From: Fonticula alba ATCC 38817
Taxonomy: Eukaryota; Protista; Nucleariida
Length of the DNA: 43,539 nt
NCBI GenBank assembly: GCA_000388065.2
Contig: KB932206.1
Direction: 5' to 3' (one strand)
In this document: positions 11,101 to 22,900 of the stretch, piece after piece
Layout: the number at the start of each line of letters is the position of its first letter
Position numbering within the stretch: position 1 is the stretch's first letter
Notes under the pieces: model-generated
Seen by the model: the letters and a program-made list of their open reading frames with translations, nothing else
What the model was told of the DNA's origin: nothing
The model's database searches: none
Made by a program: the position numbers and the translations under genes

Positions 11101-13006
11101 GCAAGCCGGTCGGCGTGGCAAAGTCCGCGGTGTCCAGCAAACTCATCGATTGTGGCGTGGCTGGGAGGAGCCCTCGGCGTGGGGCTTGGCCCGGGGTGCC
11201 TGGAGAGGCTGATTCCTCGGCCGGGCGCTTGATTCGCGGGGTCCCCTCGCCCCGGGGCCTGGGCATCAGGCCGCTTGACACCGGCGAGAAGAGCACACGC
11301 CCAAGTGGAGGGCCCAGGTCCGGGGTGGAGCCCGGGGTGGGCATGTTGCCCGGCGCTCGCGCCAGAGATGGCGAGTCTGGAAGCGGCCCGCGCGCCGGGG
11401 TGGATGGCGGAGAGGGCCGCTTCATGTCCCCGGGATCCAGCTGAAACGAGGCAATGGCCCGGGCCCGGAGTGTGGGCGACCGGCCGACCGGCACCGCGGG
11501 CATGGGACCCGGCACCTGAAAGCGGGGGAGCAGCTGCTTCGGCACGGCCGAGCGAAGCTGCCGCAGGTTGGCCAGCAGGGGACTGGACAAGGGGGACCAC
11601 ATGTCCAGAGGAGGGACAGCCAGTGAGGCGAATGCCGGAGCCAGGTGGACGTCGGGCGTGCTCGGTGCGGCTGGCCACCGAGCCGTTGGCTGTGAGGAGG
11701 CCACCGGATTGGCCAGGGTATTCGGGCGTGGCCGAGCTCGCGAGGCAGTCGGACTGCTGCCAGGGCCTGGACCGGCGACCAGCGACCTGGCCAGGGCGGC
11801 AGCCGCCGCATGGGATGTGATCTTGGCCGAGCGGAGGCCCGCAAGCAGACGCGCACGCAGGCGCGTTTGCAGGCTTGGTGCCTGGTGGGGGGGATGCCGA
11901 GGGCGCTGTTGCTGTTGTTGCTGCTGCTGCTGCTGCCGCTGTTGCTTCCCTTGCGCGTGGATGGCCAGCCCAAGGCGCGAGAGATCGGCCGACGAAAGGG
12001 TGGCCGATTCGAGGTTCGACTCGAAGCCAGCCAGCATGGCTGAGGACAGGGATGCCAGGGGGACCAGGCCGGCGGAAAGGTCCGGCGGGGGAGGTCCCCG
12101 AGGGTTGGACGTGAGCATGCTCCCTACATGGCGGACCACCTGCGATAGGCGCGTGGCGAGGGGGCTTGCTGGTAGGAAGCGGAAAATCCATCGGACCTGC
12201 TGCGAAAGAGCCACTCCAGCCAGACGCAGTGTGGCCAGGCGTTGGTGAAGGCCACGGGGGGGAGTTGGTACCGGACGCGGCTGCAGGGGCTGCTGGCGTC
12301 GGGGGCGCCGAGGAGTGCGGCCTCGGCCGCGCGAGGTCCGGTGCTGTCGGGCCAGGCGCCGAGGTGGTCGAGACCCCGGCGGCGACAGTGAGGCCTCCAG
12401 GACGGCGGGCATCGATGCTTCCGGGAGGGCAGGCATCGGCGCCAGTCGGTCTGCCAAGTTGGGAGGTGGCGATGCCAGGGCCATCTTCATGCGAGGGGCC
12501 ACGGCCCAAGCATAGAGACCCGACAGGTTGATGGTGGTCTCGTCCCAGGCCAGCAGGGCCAGGAGGGCACGACGAAGGACCCTCGGGGAGTGGGGATCCG
12601 TGAAGAGTGCCACATCCAGGAGAGGCTGTGACAGATGCCACGCCAGCAGGACACACAGCGACCAGGCCAGGACGAAGAATACCTGATCGCGCATCCAAAA
12701 GTAGAAAGCCATCTCCACATACACGGCCGAGTGGATATCCACCGACGGGGGCCCTGCCGGGGGTCGGGCCGCAGGAGCGGCCAGCAGGGCGGCTTCCCCC
12801 TGGCCCATGGTGTGGAGCCGCTCCGGGCTGGGGGACCCGCCGCGAGGGAGGATGACCAGCAGCAGCCTCACGGCCAGCAGCATGCACAAGTAGTACACCC
12901 CCAGGCAGGAGAGCAGCCCCGAGAGCCGCCGACGACCATGGGCTGGACGGACGAGGGCCCATGGCCGCACCGTCCACCGTGTGGCCGCCGCACCCGGCAG
13001 CCGCAT
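8153..13006 (-). CDS. LMBR1-family multipass membrane protein with large low-complexity loop insertion; complement(join(8153..8747,8935..9947,10121..13006)), about 1497 aa; alternative start at 12808
   Basis: Segments match the recalled LMBR1 order. EMAFYFWMRDQVFFVLAWSL resembles EQHFHSQVRESTICFLLF; VWSRALVLNLICAVVALPLLCFLAEG resembles LWNLASLFSNLCLFVLMPFAFFFLESEG; LALGSVVALLRSVHWISGIPDSRRGDDSS resembles MVSSVVGFYSLRFFGNFTPKKDDTT. Two phase-compatible introns. Confidence 0.7.
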
Positions 13007-13926
13007 GTCCTTGCACCGCGGCGCAGGAGGGCCGGCAGGGGGATGAAAAGCCAGGGGAAGAGGGGGAGGGGGGGGGGGAAAGAAAAAGGCAGGGCCGAGG
13101 CAAGGATGTCCGGGCAGCCGAGGAGCAGTGACGCAGGCCCTCGGCCAGGGGACCGGGCGCACCCCCTGGTGAAATACGGCGCCCTCGGATCTCGCACTGT
13201 GCGGCCCGGACATCCGCCTCGCCCCTCCGGGGCCGCCCTTGTTGTGTGAGCCCAGTGTGTGTTCCCTCGGTCTTGCTGCGGCTCTTTTTCCCAGCTCGGA
13301 GGGCGCGCGCGCGTGTGTATGTGTGCGCGCAAGAGGGGGAGGGGGGGGGGGAGGGGCACCATTGTCGCGACAATGCCGGCCAGGCGTCCGCTCGGGACCC
13401 GAGATCGCGATCGGGGCCGCGGAGCGCGCGACATCACGCGACCAAGTCACACGAGCGCCAGTTGCAAATCCCCGCCCCTCGGACGAGGTCTTGAGTTCAA
13501 TGTCCGGCTGGGGCGGCGCCTTTTCGGGCCCTGCCCATTCTCCCGCGCTCTCCCCCCGTCCCCGTCCTGGCCCTGGGCAGACACCCCTCTGCCTGGTGGG
13601 AGGAGCCGGAGAGCATCCGTCGGCTGCGCATGCGCGTCAGTACCACCAAGGCCAAGCATTAGCGTCTTGCGGCGGTTTCCCGCATCTGCCTGTGTGCGCC
13701 GATCTGCTGCAGCACAGGAGCGATCGAGGCGTCGGGTCTTCCNNNNNNNNNNNNNNNNNNNNNNNNNNNNNNNNNNNNNNNNNNNNNNNNNNNNNNNNNN
13801 NNNNNNNNNNNNNNNNNNNNNNNNNNNCATGCGCCCCCCCCCCCCCCTTTGTCTGCCTCCCTCTATTCGTCGCCTTTATTTCCCTCCCGCTTGCGTCGAC
13901 TTCGCCCCTGCTCCTGAGCCCCACGG
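13007..13926. promoter_or_regulatory. Divergent (likely bidirectional) promoter region between the LMBR1-like gene and GTF3C1
   Basis: Head-to-head start codons 920 nt apart. Contains an 85-N gap and a GCGCATGCGC palindrome at 13626..13635. Confidence 0.45.
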
Positions 13927-16900
13927 ATGGACGAGTACCTGCGCGTCCTCATTGACGAGATCGCCCTCGAGGGGCCCCACGGTGCGTGACTGCGCCGGAC
14001 ATATGCCCCGTCGGAATCCCTCCGCCCGTGCCTCGGCACATGCATGTACTCCTGTCTGACACCGTCCTCATGCCACCCGACAGGGCACCCGGCGGCCGAT
14101 CTGGCAGGGCTGCTCTCGGCCAGCACCGGGCACCAGATCGATCGCGGGGTCGTGTCATTGCTCTGGCCGGCGCTGATTCGCCACCCGGATGCCCGTTTCG
14201 AAACTGAGCCGGAAGATGCCCCCCCCGCGCCGATGCCCCCGCCGCATCTGCTGGACAAGCAAGTGCATGCCCTCTCGTCGACATCGGTTGGCTGCAAGTG
14301 CGAGCCTGCTCTTGTTCGGTTTTGCCCGCTGCCCCTGTTCCCTTTTTTTGTGTTCCTCGGCGCTGTGTTGGGGCCGTCTCCCGGGCGCATGCCTCGCTCG
14401 TTCGCCGGCTTGCCACTGACTTCCCTCGGTCCCCGGACTCGTCTCTCTGCCCGCCTGCCGGCAGGGTTGTTCATCGGAGTGCCCCGGCGTTGCGAACCTT
14501 TGCCGGGGCCCTCGAGCACTACCGGCAGCGGAAGCTCCGTCTGCGGGTGGTCGCCTCGACAACCTACCGGCATCGAATGCTCGGAGTGCTGAATGACGTA
14601 TGTGCCCGCCGATTCCTACTCTCCCTCCCCGCCCCTCATGCCGTCTGACGATGGTCCATGCTCTCGCCATGTGGCTGTGGCGGTGGCCGTGCTGACACAT
14701 GGCGCTTCCAGAATCCCTTCGAGCTCACGCCGGTCATGCTCTTTGTCCTGGAGCAGGCGGCCAAGTCCCGCGAGCGTGGCTTCCCCCAATCCGAAGTGAG
14801 CCGCATCCTGTCCATCGACCCGCGCACCATCTTTTCCATGGTCAAGTCTCTGGAGCAGGCTGGCCTGATGTACGCCCGGTTGCTTGTCTGCCTTGCATAG
14901 CCGGCTGAGCTTCCCTCCCGGCATTCCCCCCCCCCTCCCCCCCGCCATCCTCTGACCCGGCCGATCCCCTCGCCGCCTGGCCTCCCTCCGCCCGGCCTGT
15001 CGACACCCACCCGCAGCTTTCGCATCCCCTTCTTCAAGCCCGGGCTCAGCCGAACCAACCTGATTGTTCTTTCGCGCTTCGCCGGCATGTCGGTGGCCGC
15101 GGCGCTGAATGTTGCCTCCCGGGGCGACACCTCCCTGGTGGAGGAGTTCACCGGGATCCCGATCTTCCTCTTCGACAGTGCTCGACAGATCATCCTTTCC
15201 CATTTGCGGGCATCCAAAAACCACTCGATGTCCTATGACACAGCGCGGCAGCTGGTGGTGCGCATATGCCTCCTCGCCCGGTGGCACCCCGTGCCGACCT
15301 GCCTTTCATTCTCACACTTTCCTGCCATCCCGCTTGCCGTCCCCTCCTTGTCGCCACCCCACGCGGGCGCCAATCGACAAACCAATCCACCAACCAACCT
15401 GCCAGGCTCCTCTCCTGGGTATCCGGCAGGTGACCCGCACCGAGCGCAAAGCTGACTCCAGGGCGCCGGACGTCGAGCCTGGCGAGTCGAACGACTCGCC
15501 GGAGCAGCTTGCCGAGGTGTCGGAGCCGGCCGGCGAGACACCACAGCCCCCGCCGGCACCGGCTCCCACCGGGTCCGGGTGCGGTGCGATCGTGGTCGCC
15601 AGCACCGGCAAGAACCAAGAGGCGCGTCTGGTCCGCCTGCTGTCTCGCATCATCCGCTCGCTCGTGGAGATGGGCCACATCGAGAAGTTCTACACCCACT
15701 CCGAGGGCACCATGGTCATGTCCATCGGGCTGCTGAACAAGTCCGCCGGGCCTGCGGCCCCTGGCCGGGACGGCTCTTCCGCGGCCGACCCCGCCTCTTC
15801 CTTCGCCTCTGTGGATGCACCACGCCCGGAGTACCTGTTTGCCCTTGATCGGCCTGCCCACTTGCCCATCCACCACTCGATCTTCCGGCTGGTGGCCACC
15901 GCGCCGCAGGGCGTGTCCACCACCCGGCAGCTCTCGATTCGGCTTTGCACCTTCGTTCGGACACAGCTCCGCCTGTGTCGCGAGGTCGGCGCCAGCGGGG
16001 CCATCCGCATGGACAACATCGGCAATGTCGGCCGCGAGCGGTACGCCTGCCCGGCCTGTGTCTCGGCTCTCCGGCTCCCCTGACTCCGGTTTCCGCCTGC
16101 CCCCTTCCTTCGGCCTTTTTAAACTTGGCCACCCTGCCGCACGCGCACATGGCCCTCTTCTCGGCCCTCCCACTGATTATCTCCCCCCCCCCCCCGCCCC
16201 TCTTGCTCTTCTCCTTCTTCCCTTTGCTCCCTCCCGGGGCCTCGGCACTGGCCGCCACGCAACCAGGCACATCCTCTTCGAGCCGCCAACAAACCTGGCC
16301 GAAATCGCCCATCGATATGGTCTGCAGTTTGATCGCTCGGGGCACTGCTTCGTCAATGCACTGATGGACGCCTCGCTGCTGGATGCCCCCCCGCGGGAGG
16401 TCGACACCAAGGATGTGGTTCGCATGGTGGACCCGGACAATCCCCTGGCCTTGGAGTTGGACAGCCGCATTCGCGGCGGCATTAGCACGTCACGTGCGTG
16501 TCTTTTCCCCGTTTTCCCTCGCCTGTGCCTCGCCCTTCCCCTTTCCGTGCTTTGCCATCTCCCCGGCCTTCCCCCCCCCCCTCCGGCGGGTGGCCATGGC
16601 AGGCTGGCCTCTCGGCACCTGCCGCCCTCCGGCTGACATGCTGCCCCTGCCACGATCGTCCCCCTGTCGGCTCCTTTCCCAGGCCAATACTACTCGTTGA
16701 ATGTGGTCAGCCAAGTCCGCGCTTTGCGGCTTGCCCTGCACATCCAGCGCGATCCGATCATCTATGAGACGACGCTCGTCCGGAAGTGCGTGCCTGCGAG
16801 CTCTTTTCTCCCCTGTACACCTGTCCATTGTGCTCTTGCCGGCCTTCTGACCGGCGCGTATGCATTTATGTATGGAAATGCCTGTGCGCGTGCTTCAGGC

Positions 16901-19900
16901 TCGCGTCGCAGCCACTGTCACCCAATGACCGGCAATTTCTCGACTCAACCGGCATGGACCGTCGCACCATCCGGCGGATCATCGACGTCCTTGTCAAGGC
17001 CAACGTCATTCGCGTGCAGGCCATTCGCGAGTCCGAGGCTCTCGATCCGTCTGGCACGCTGACCGCGGAATATGGCCCGGATGCGCCCGAGTCCTCGCGG
17101 CGCGAGCATGACGTATGGCACACACTTGCTTCGGCCTTGCCCGCGCCTTTGCCCGCCTCCCCCCTCCTGGCCCATTCTCACCCGACTTGCTGTGTTGTTG
17201 GCTCCCCCCCCTCCCCCCCCGTGCTCCGAAGGTCTTGATTGGGTGTGTGACGCCCGTAGACCGGGCCCGCATCTTGGAAATGGTTGGCGACTATGTTCGC
17301 CGGCGGCGCCAGCGTATGGCTGCCGGGCCTGCTGCTCTGGTACGCACTGTGTGACAGTCTCTCCTTCCTTTTTTTCTTCCTCCCGCTCTCGCTCGGATCT
17401 CGACCCGCGTTCTCCCTGCCTCCCTGGCCTGTCCCCCTCCCCCTCCCCCCTCCTCTCTCTCTCTCTCTCCCCGCCCCCCTTGTCCACGCTGACACACCTC
17501 CTTCCCAGTCCACGCGCAATCAGGAGGTTAGCTTCTTGGAGGACCTCGTCCTGGAAGAGGCCGCCGATGACCGGATTACCCTTCTCGCCGACATTGCCAG
17601 CCGGGCGGCCGAGGCCACCCCTGATGCCGATCTGCCGGATGAGAAGCCAGCCGTGGCTGTCGGTCAGGCTGGGCTGACCGCGCTGGAGGCCGCGCCGGCC
17701 AAGCGCCTTACCTCGCGTTGGACGTCCACCGGCGATGTCGGCGCCGGGGGCGGGGCCATGCGTGCGACGGCCGCTCGGTTGCTTGGCCGCCGTGCGCTTC
17801 TCGATGCGCGCTCGGCCCGGGGCATGTTCCCTGGCATGGACACGCCCGGGGCCGAGGCGCCGGATTCGGATGCCGGGTCCATGGGCGAGGTCGATCGGGT
17901 GCCTGTGGCCCCGGTGCACCTGCGCAAGATCGAGCGTCTGCGCGTGCTCTACTTCCACCTGCACCAGATGAGCAGTGCCCCGGTGGCCGGGTCCCCGGAC
18001 GAGGAGTTCCCCTTCATCGAGGGTGCACAGTTGATGAAGAGCCTGACACTGGGCGTGTTGGTTCGGGCCCTCGGCGTGCAGTCGGACTCGCAGGAGCGTC
18101 TTGTGCGTCACCTTCAGCGAAGCACGCACGCGCCGGTCACCAGCGCCGGCGCCCCGTCGACCATCCTCCTGAGCCGGCAGCTGGCCTCGGTGCCGGTGGA
18201 TTGGCTTCCAGACCAGGCCCGGCGAGAGGCCCTTCTCTCGGTGGGCTGGCTGATGCAGCCCCGGCTGCCGGCTGCGGTCGGGCCCGAGGGTTCCGCGGCG
18301 CCTGTCGCCACTGCCAGCACCGATGTCGCCACCGCCACGCCGACCAAGTACCGGATCTTGCGAAGCCTCCCGCTTGGCGGGGCCACCGCCGGCCTGGGCA
18401 CCGGGGTTGGCTCGGTGATCATGTTGAATTTGCTCGAGTGCTTGGAGGAGCTTGGGCTCCTGCAATTCGAGGAGCAATGCGGGCTGTGCGTTCCCTCGCC
18501 TGGTGGCGCTGGCTGGCCATGGTGCTCCAGCACACCCGATCCCCTTTTCTCTTCCTGCCTTCGTTCTTCTCTCTCTCTCTCTCGCTCCCTCCGTCTTTCT
18601 CTGTCTCTCTTGGGCTGTCTTTTTCTCTCTGTCTCTCTCTCTCTCTCTTCCTACTTTCCGCCCCCCCGTTCTTGCGATCGTCGCTCACAGCTGGCCATCT
18701 TCCAAACAGCTCTGTTCTCGAGTTCCCCATGGATCGGCCCCTGCGTCCGGTTCCCAGGTTCCTGGCCAGCACCTTTGGCACGGCCACCGGCAGCAGCACC
18801 GACGGGACCGTGGCCCATGGTGGCCTGCTGAGTCAGAGCCAGGACATGGTCCGGGTTTTGGTGCCGGCGCGCTTCCGGCTGGTGCGACATGTGCGCCTGA
18901 AGAGTCCCGGCGATTAGCCGGCCGCTGCGCCGGTGCTGGAATTCGATACCCGGCATTCGACCCAATTGTCGGCCCTATGGTTGGCCCTGTGCCGGTCGCC
19001 GAGTCGCATGTCAAGCCAGCAGGTGTCGGCAGCGGTGGCCGCTGCCACCGGCGGCCAGCGCCTGCAGGCGCTCCCCCTTCGCCGGCTCCCCTCGACCACC
19101 ATTTCGTCCATCCGCTGGCGCCTGCACAAGGCATCCCGCCTGCAGCCGGGGGTGGTGCAGGCTTTCGGCCGGGACGCCAGCCGCCCCGGTCGGCCGGAGC
19201 TCCTCTCGCCCAGCTGGGCCGGCCGGCCGGTCACCTACTCCGACGATGGCAATGACGATGACGATGACGATGACGATGGCCATAGCAGTGGCCACGACGG
19301 CGAATTGGCCAGCTCGGGCCTCAGGCGGCGGGGCCTTTCCGATGACGATGACCATGACGATGAGGATGGGGATCGCGGGCACTCCGGGCGTGGCGCCCGG
19401 GCGTCCGGGCGCCGGCGCCGGCCTCGCAGCCAGTCAGCCCGGCGCAGTGCGTCGGCCTTCTCGAACAGCGTTTCGACCGGCCTCATCGGGCCCATTCGCG
19501 CGGACACCTTCGACCTCGGCGATTCGGACGAGGAAGCCGGCGGCAAGAGCGCACGCCTGGGCCAGCGCCGGAAGCGCATCCCCTGGGACGCCCTGTCAAC
19601 ACAGGTACGCCGCCATGCCCCTTCACTGTGGCATCGGCCATTCCTCTTCCTGTCCTTTGCCCGCCCTCCNNNNNNNNNNNNNNNNNNNNCCCCCTGGATG
19701 GGGTTGGTCTTTGCATCTTCCTGCCCCGCTCACATGCGCCCCTCCCTCCCCCCCTTCCCATATCTCAAGCGTTTGGTGTACTCGGTCATCGTCGGGGCGA
19801 CCGCCAGCGAGGAGGCCCGCCGTCGGGGGGGTCTCCCGTGGGGCCTAATCACCACGCTGGTGGGGCAGCTGTCAGTCGGTGAGTTGCCCGCCTTCCAAGC

Positions 19901-22900
19901 GGCTCCTGTCTCCTCCCCTCGCCTGGCCTTCTTGCCCTTCTGCCGGTGTGTCTGGCTGTTGCTAACCCCATGAGCCTTCGTCTTTTGCCGGGGATTGCCA
20001 AAAAAAAAAAAGCCGCCTGCCAGCGGCGAATGATCTCCCTCCGGACCGGCAACCCCCAGCTGGAGGGATTCATTCGTGATCGGCAGCGCATCCGACGGAA
20101 TCTTTGGACCGCACAGTATGGTCCCCGGGGGACACAGCTGCACGAGTCCCATGGTGCGCCAGCTGACAGCATTTTCCCGGCGATCTCGTCGTCTTGGGCT
20201 TTTTTTCCCCCCTCTCCTCCTCATCCTCCGCCCTGCCGCAGGCAGGCCCATGCCGCCTCACACCCTCGACTGACCCTGCCGGGCCATGCGAAGAATTGTG
20301 GATCTCGCGCGATATCATGTCCGAGGAGGAGCTCCTCAGCGAGGTGGACCGGTGGCCACCGATCGAGGAGCACTATCTCCGGTCCCTGGCCGAGGGGGAC
20401 GGCGGGCCTGCCAGCATGGACGTCGACATGTCGACCGCCGCGTCTGCCGACGCCCCCGCCGCCGAGGTGGCAACCTTCACCCCGGGCCGACATAACCTGC
20501 CCGGGTACAAGCCGCTGCCGCGTCTGCTGCGCAACCATGCGGACTTTGTGCACACCTATCGACCCGTGCGGACGGCCAGCTCTCGGCCGCCCTTCGAGTC
20601 CTCCATGCAGGGCACCGCGCGGCTCAGTCGCCTGGTCCAGCGGAACATGTGGACTTCGTTCGGCCTGGCGGCCGGCGTGACGCCCCCGAGCCGGCGGGCT
20701 GCCAGTGCGCAGGACACCCGTGCATCGCTCATGCCCGGGCTTGGCCCGGGGTGTGGCCCCGATGCGCTGACCCTCCCACGCTGGGTGGTGGCCGGTCCTC
20801 TGCGAAACCCACACCTCCAAGGCGCGAATGGCTCCTCCGGGGGTGCCGGCGGCGCGGCTTCGGCCGATCGCCACGCCGAGCACAATGCCTGGCAAGTGCG
20901 CGGCGCGTTGTCTGCCTCGCTTCAAGACCGCCGCCACTATCTGTCTGGCAACTACATCCGATCAAACCATCAACCAGCTGCCGGGTCGCCGAATCCTCTG
21001 CTGGCCCTGGAGGACTCGTGCACCACGGCCCCGGGGACCGGGCGCACGCTTTGGGACATGGCCAGCACCGGCTGGCAGCCGCCGACCACCGGCCCTGTCA
21101 CTCCGACGGGTCCGATTGTTGCGTGTGACCACTTGCTAGCTTTCCCCCCCACATCGGAAGCCGACCGTGCGGAGCACTTCTTCCAAGCACTGAACCTCAT
21201 CAAGGTGCGACTCGTCCCGGGCCTGGCATCTTCGCCTTTCCTTGTCTCATTCTCCATCCCCATCGGCCATTACCGCTACACCCACGCGCCCACGCACGCA
21301 CGCACGCACACACGCACACATGTACTAATGTATGCACACACGTATTTACGCGCACATGCGTACTTACACACGCACACACGCAATTACGCGCGCACACACG
21401 CAATTACGCGCGCACACACACACATACGCACACGCGTCCCTGGTTGGCACACCCAGTCGGTGCTTCTCCAGCCCGGGAAGTCCGTGGATCCCTTGATTAT
21501 CTACCTTCTTGCGCGTCAACTGCCGACCACGGCCTTCGAGGCGGCCTTCTCCTCTTCCGAGAAGCTTGGCATGATTCAGCTGGCCGCGCCGTCCGTGATT
21601 GTTGCTCCCTCGGCCGGGTCGGCAGCAATGGCCAACGCTCCGGCCGCCACCGCGCCAACGGCAACAAGCGACTCGATGACCGTGGAAAGTCCGGCGCCTG
21701 TGGCCACTCCCGCCTCCGTGGCCAGCCCCCTGTCTCCGGTGGCGCCTGCGGGCTCGGTGTCCCCATCGGCGACCGGCGCCCCGGCATCCGCGTTGTGCTC
21801 TACGGCCACACACCCAGCGGCCGCATCAGGCGCGGCCTCGGCAAGTGGCAATGCCAGCTCCGGTGCACCGGCGCCCAGGGAGGCCCTCGCCACGGTATCC
21901 ACCCCCGCCCGGCCGCTCAATGTGACGGAGCGCTTTTTGGCGGCCCTCTTCGGCACCTCCTCGGCCCTCAGCAATGCGTCGGGCTCCTCGCAGGATGGCG
22001 CGGTCGCCGCTCTGCTTGCCGGTGCGACTGCCTGCCATGCGGCCCTGACGCGGGACCTGGCCCCGGCCGAGTCGCTGTTCGATGATGTGGCCTCGGCCTC
22101 GGCCACCGAGACCACGACCAGCCATGAGGATGAGGAAACGCCCGCCTTCACCCTGCCGATGGTGTGGCATGGCGGGGCGGTGGCCTGCATCTTGGGCCTG
22201 CGCCACACGGGCCGCATCAGCATCCTCCCGCAATTCGACCACTTCCCCCTGGGGCTGGGCGCGGATCGCAGTCATGCGCCCCACGGTGCGGGTGGCTCGC
22301 TGGCCGGCGCCACCGGCCCGGCCTCCACCTCCGGTGGTTCCTCCCTGAATGGTGGCGATGTCCAGTCCCCCGGAGCCGGGGGCGACCTGGCCAGCGGTCC
22401 GCAGTCCCCGTCGGCGGCCTCGGTGGCTGGCGAGCAGAATGACGGGCTGGACAGCCTCCGGCAGTTGGCCTTTGCCCATGGCCGGTATGGCCGGTCGGGC
22501 GTCAGTCTTCTCGAGAGCCTGCAGCTGGTGGTCCAACCGGCATGGGCAAATAGCGCCCTGGCCGGGCAGCATGGCCAGGACCCCCGTCAGCCAACGGCGG
22601 CCCCGGCTCAGCGTACGCCACGCAGCTTGCAGCTGACCTCCCTCTTGGAAAGCCCCTCCTGCCCGGCAGCCGGCCCGGGAGCCACCGCCACCTCGGTGGC
22701 CACGGTCCCCGCCCGGCGCGTGCCGCCTGGCCAGGAAGAGCCCTCCTCTGATCCGCATGCCCTGGCGGAGCCCTTGCGGTCGGCCACCCTGCTCGGGCCG
22801 CGGCCGGCCATTCCGCTGGCTCCCCATGCCACTGGTCTGGACCCGAGCACGGTGCCCGGGTCGGAACGGTGGGCTCCGGCCCTGCACCAATGGCTACTGT

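Noticed and set aside
12011-12025. B-box-like GTTCGACTC (and ggttcgatc at about 28385)
   Set aside because: No cloverleaf or A-box. The first lies inside a coding exon and the second is an imperfect match beside a gap.
13626-13635. GCGCATGCGC palindrome resembling the NRF1 motif
   Set aside because: A single 10-mer in very GC-rich DNA where GCATGC is common. No evidence for a cognate factor.
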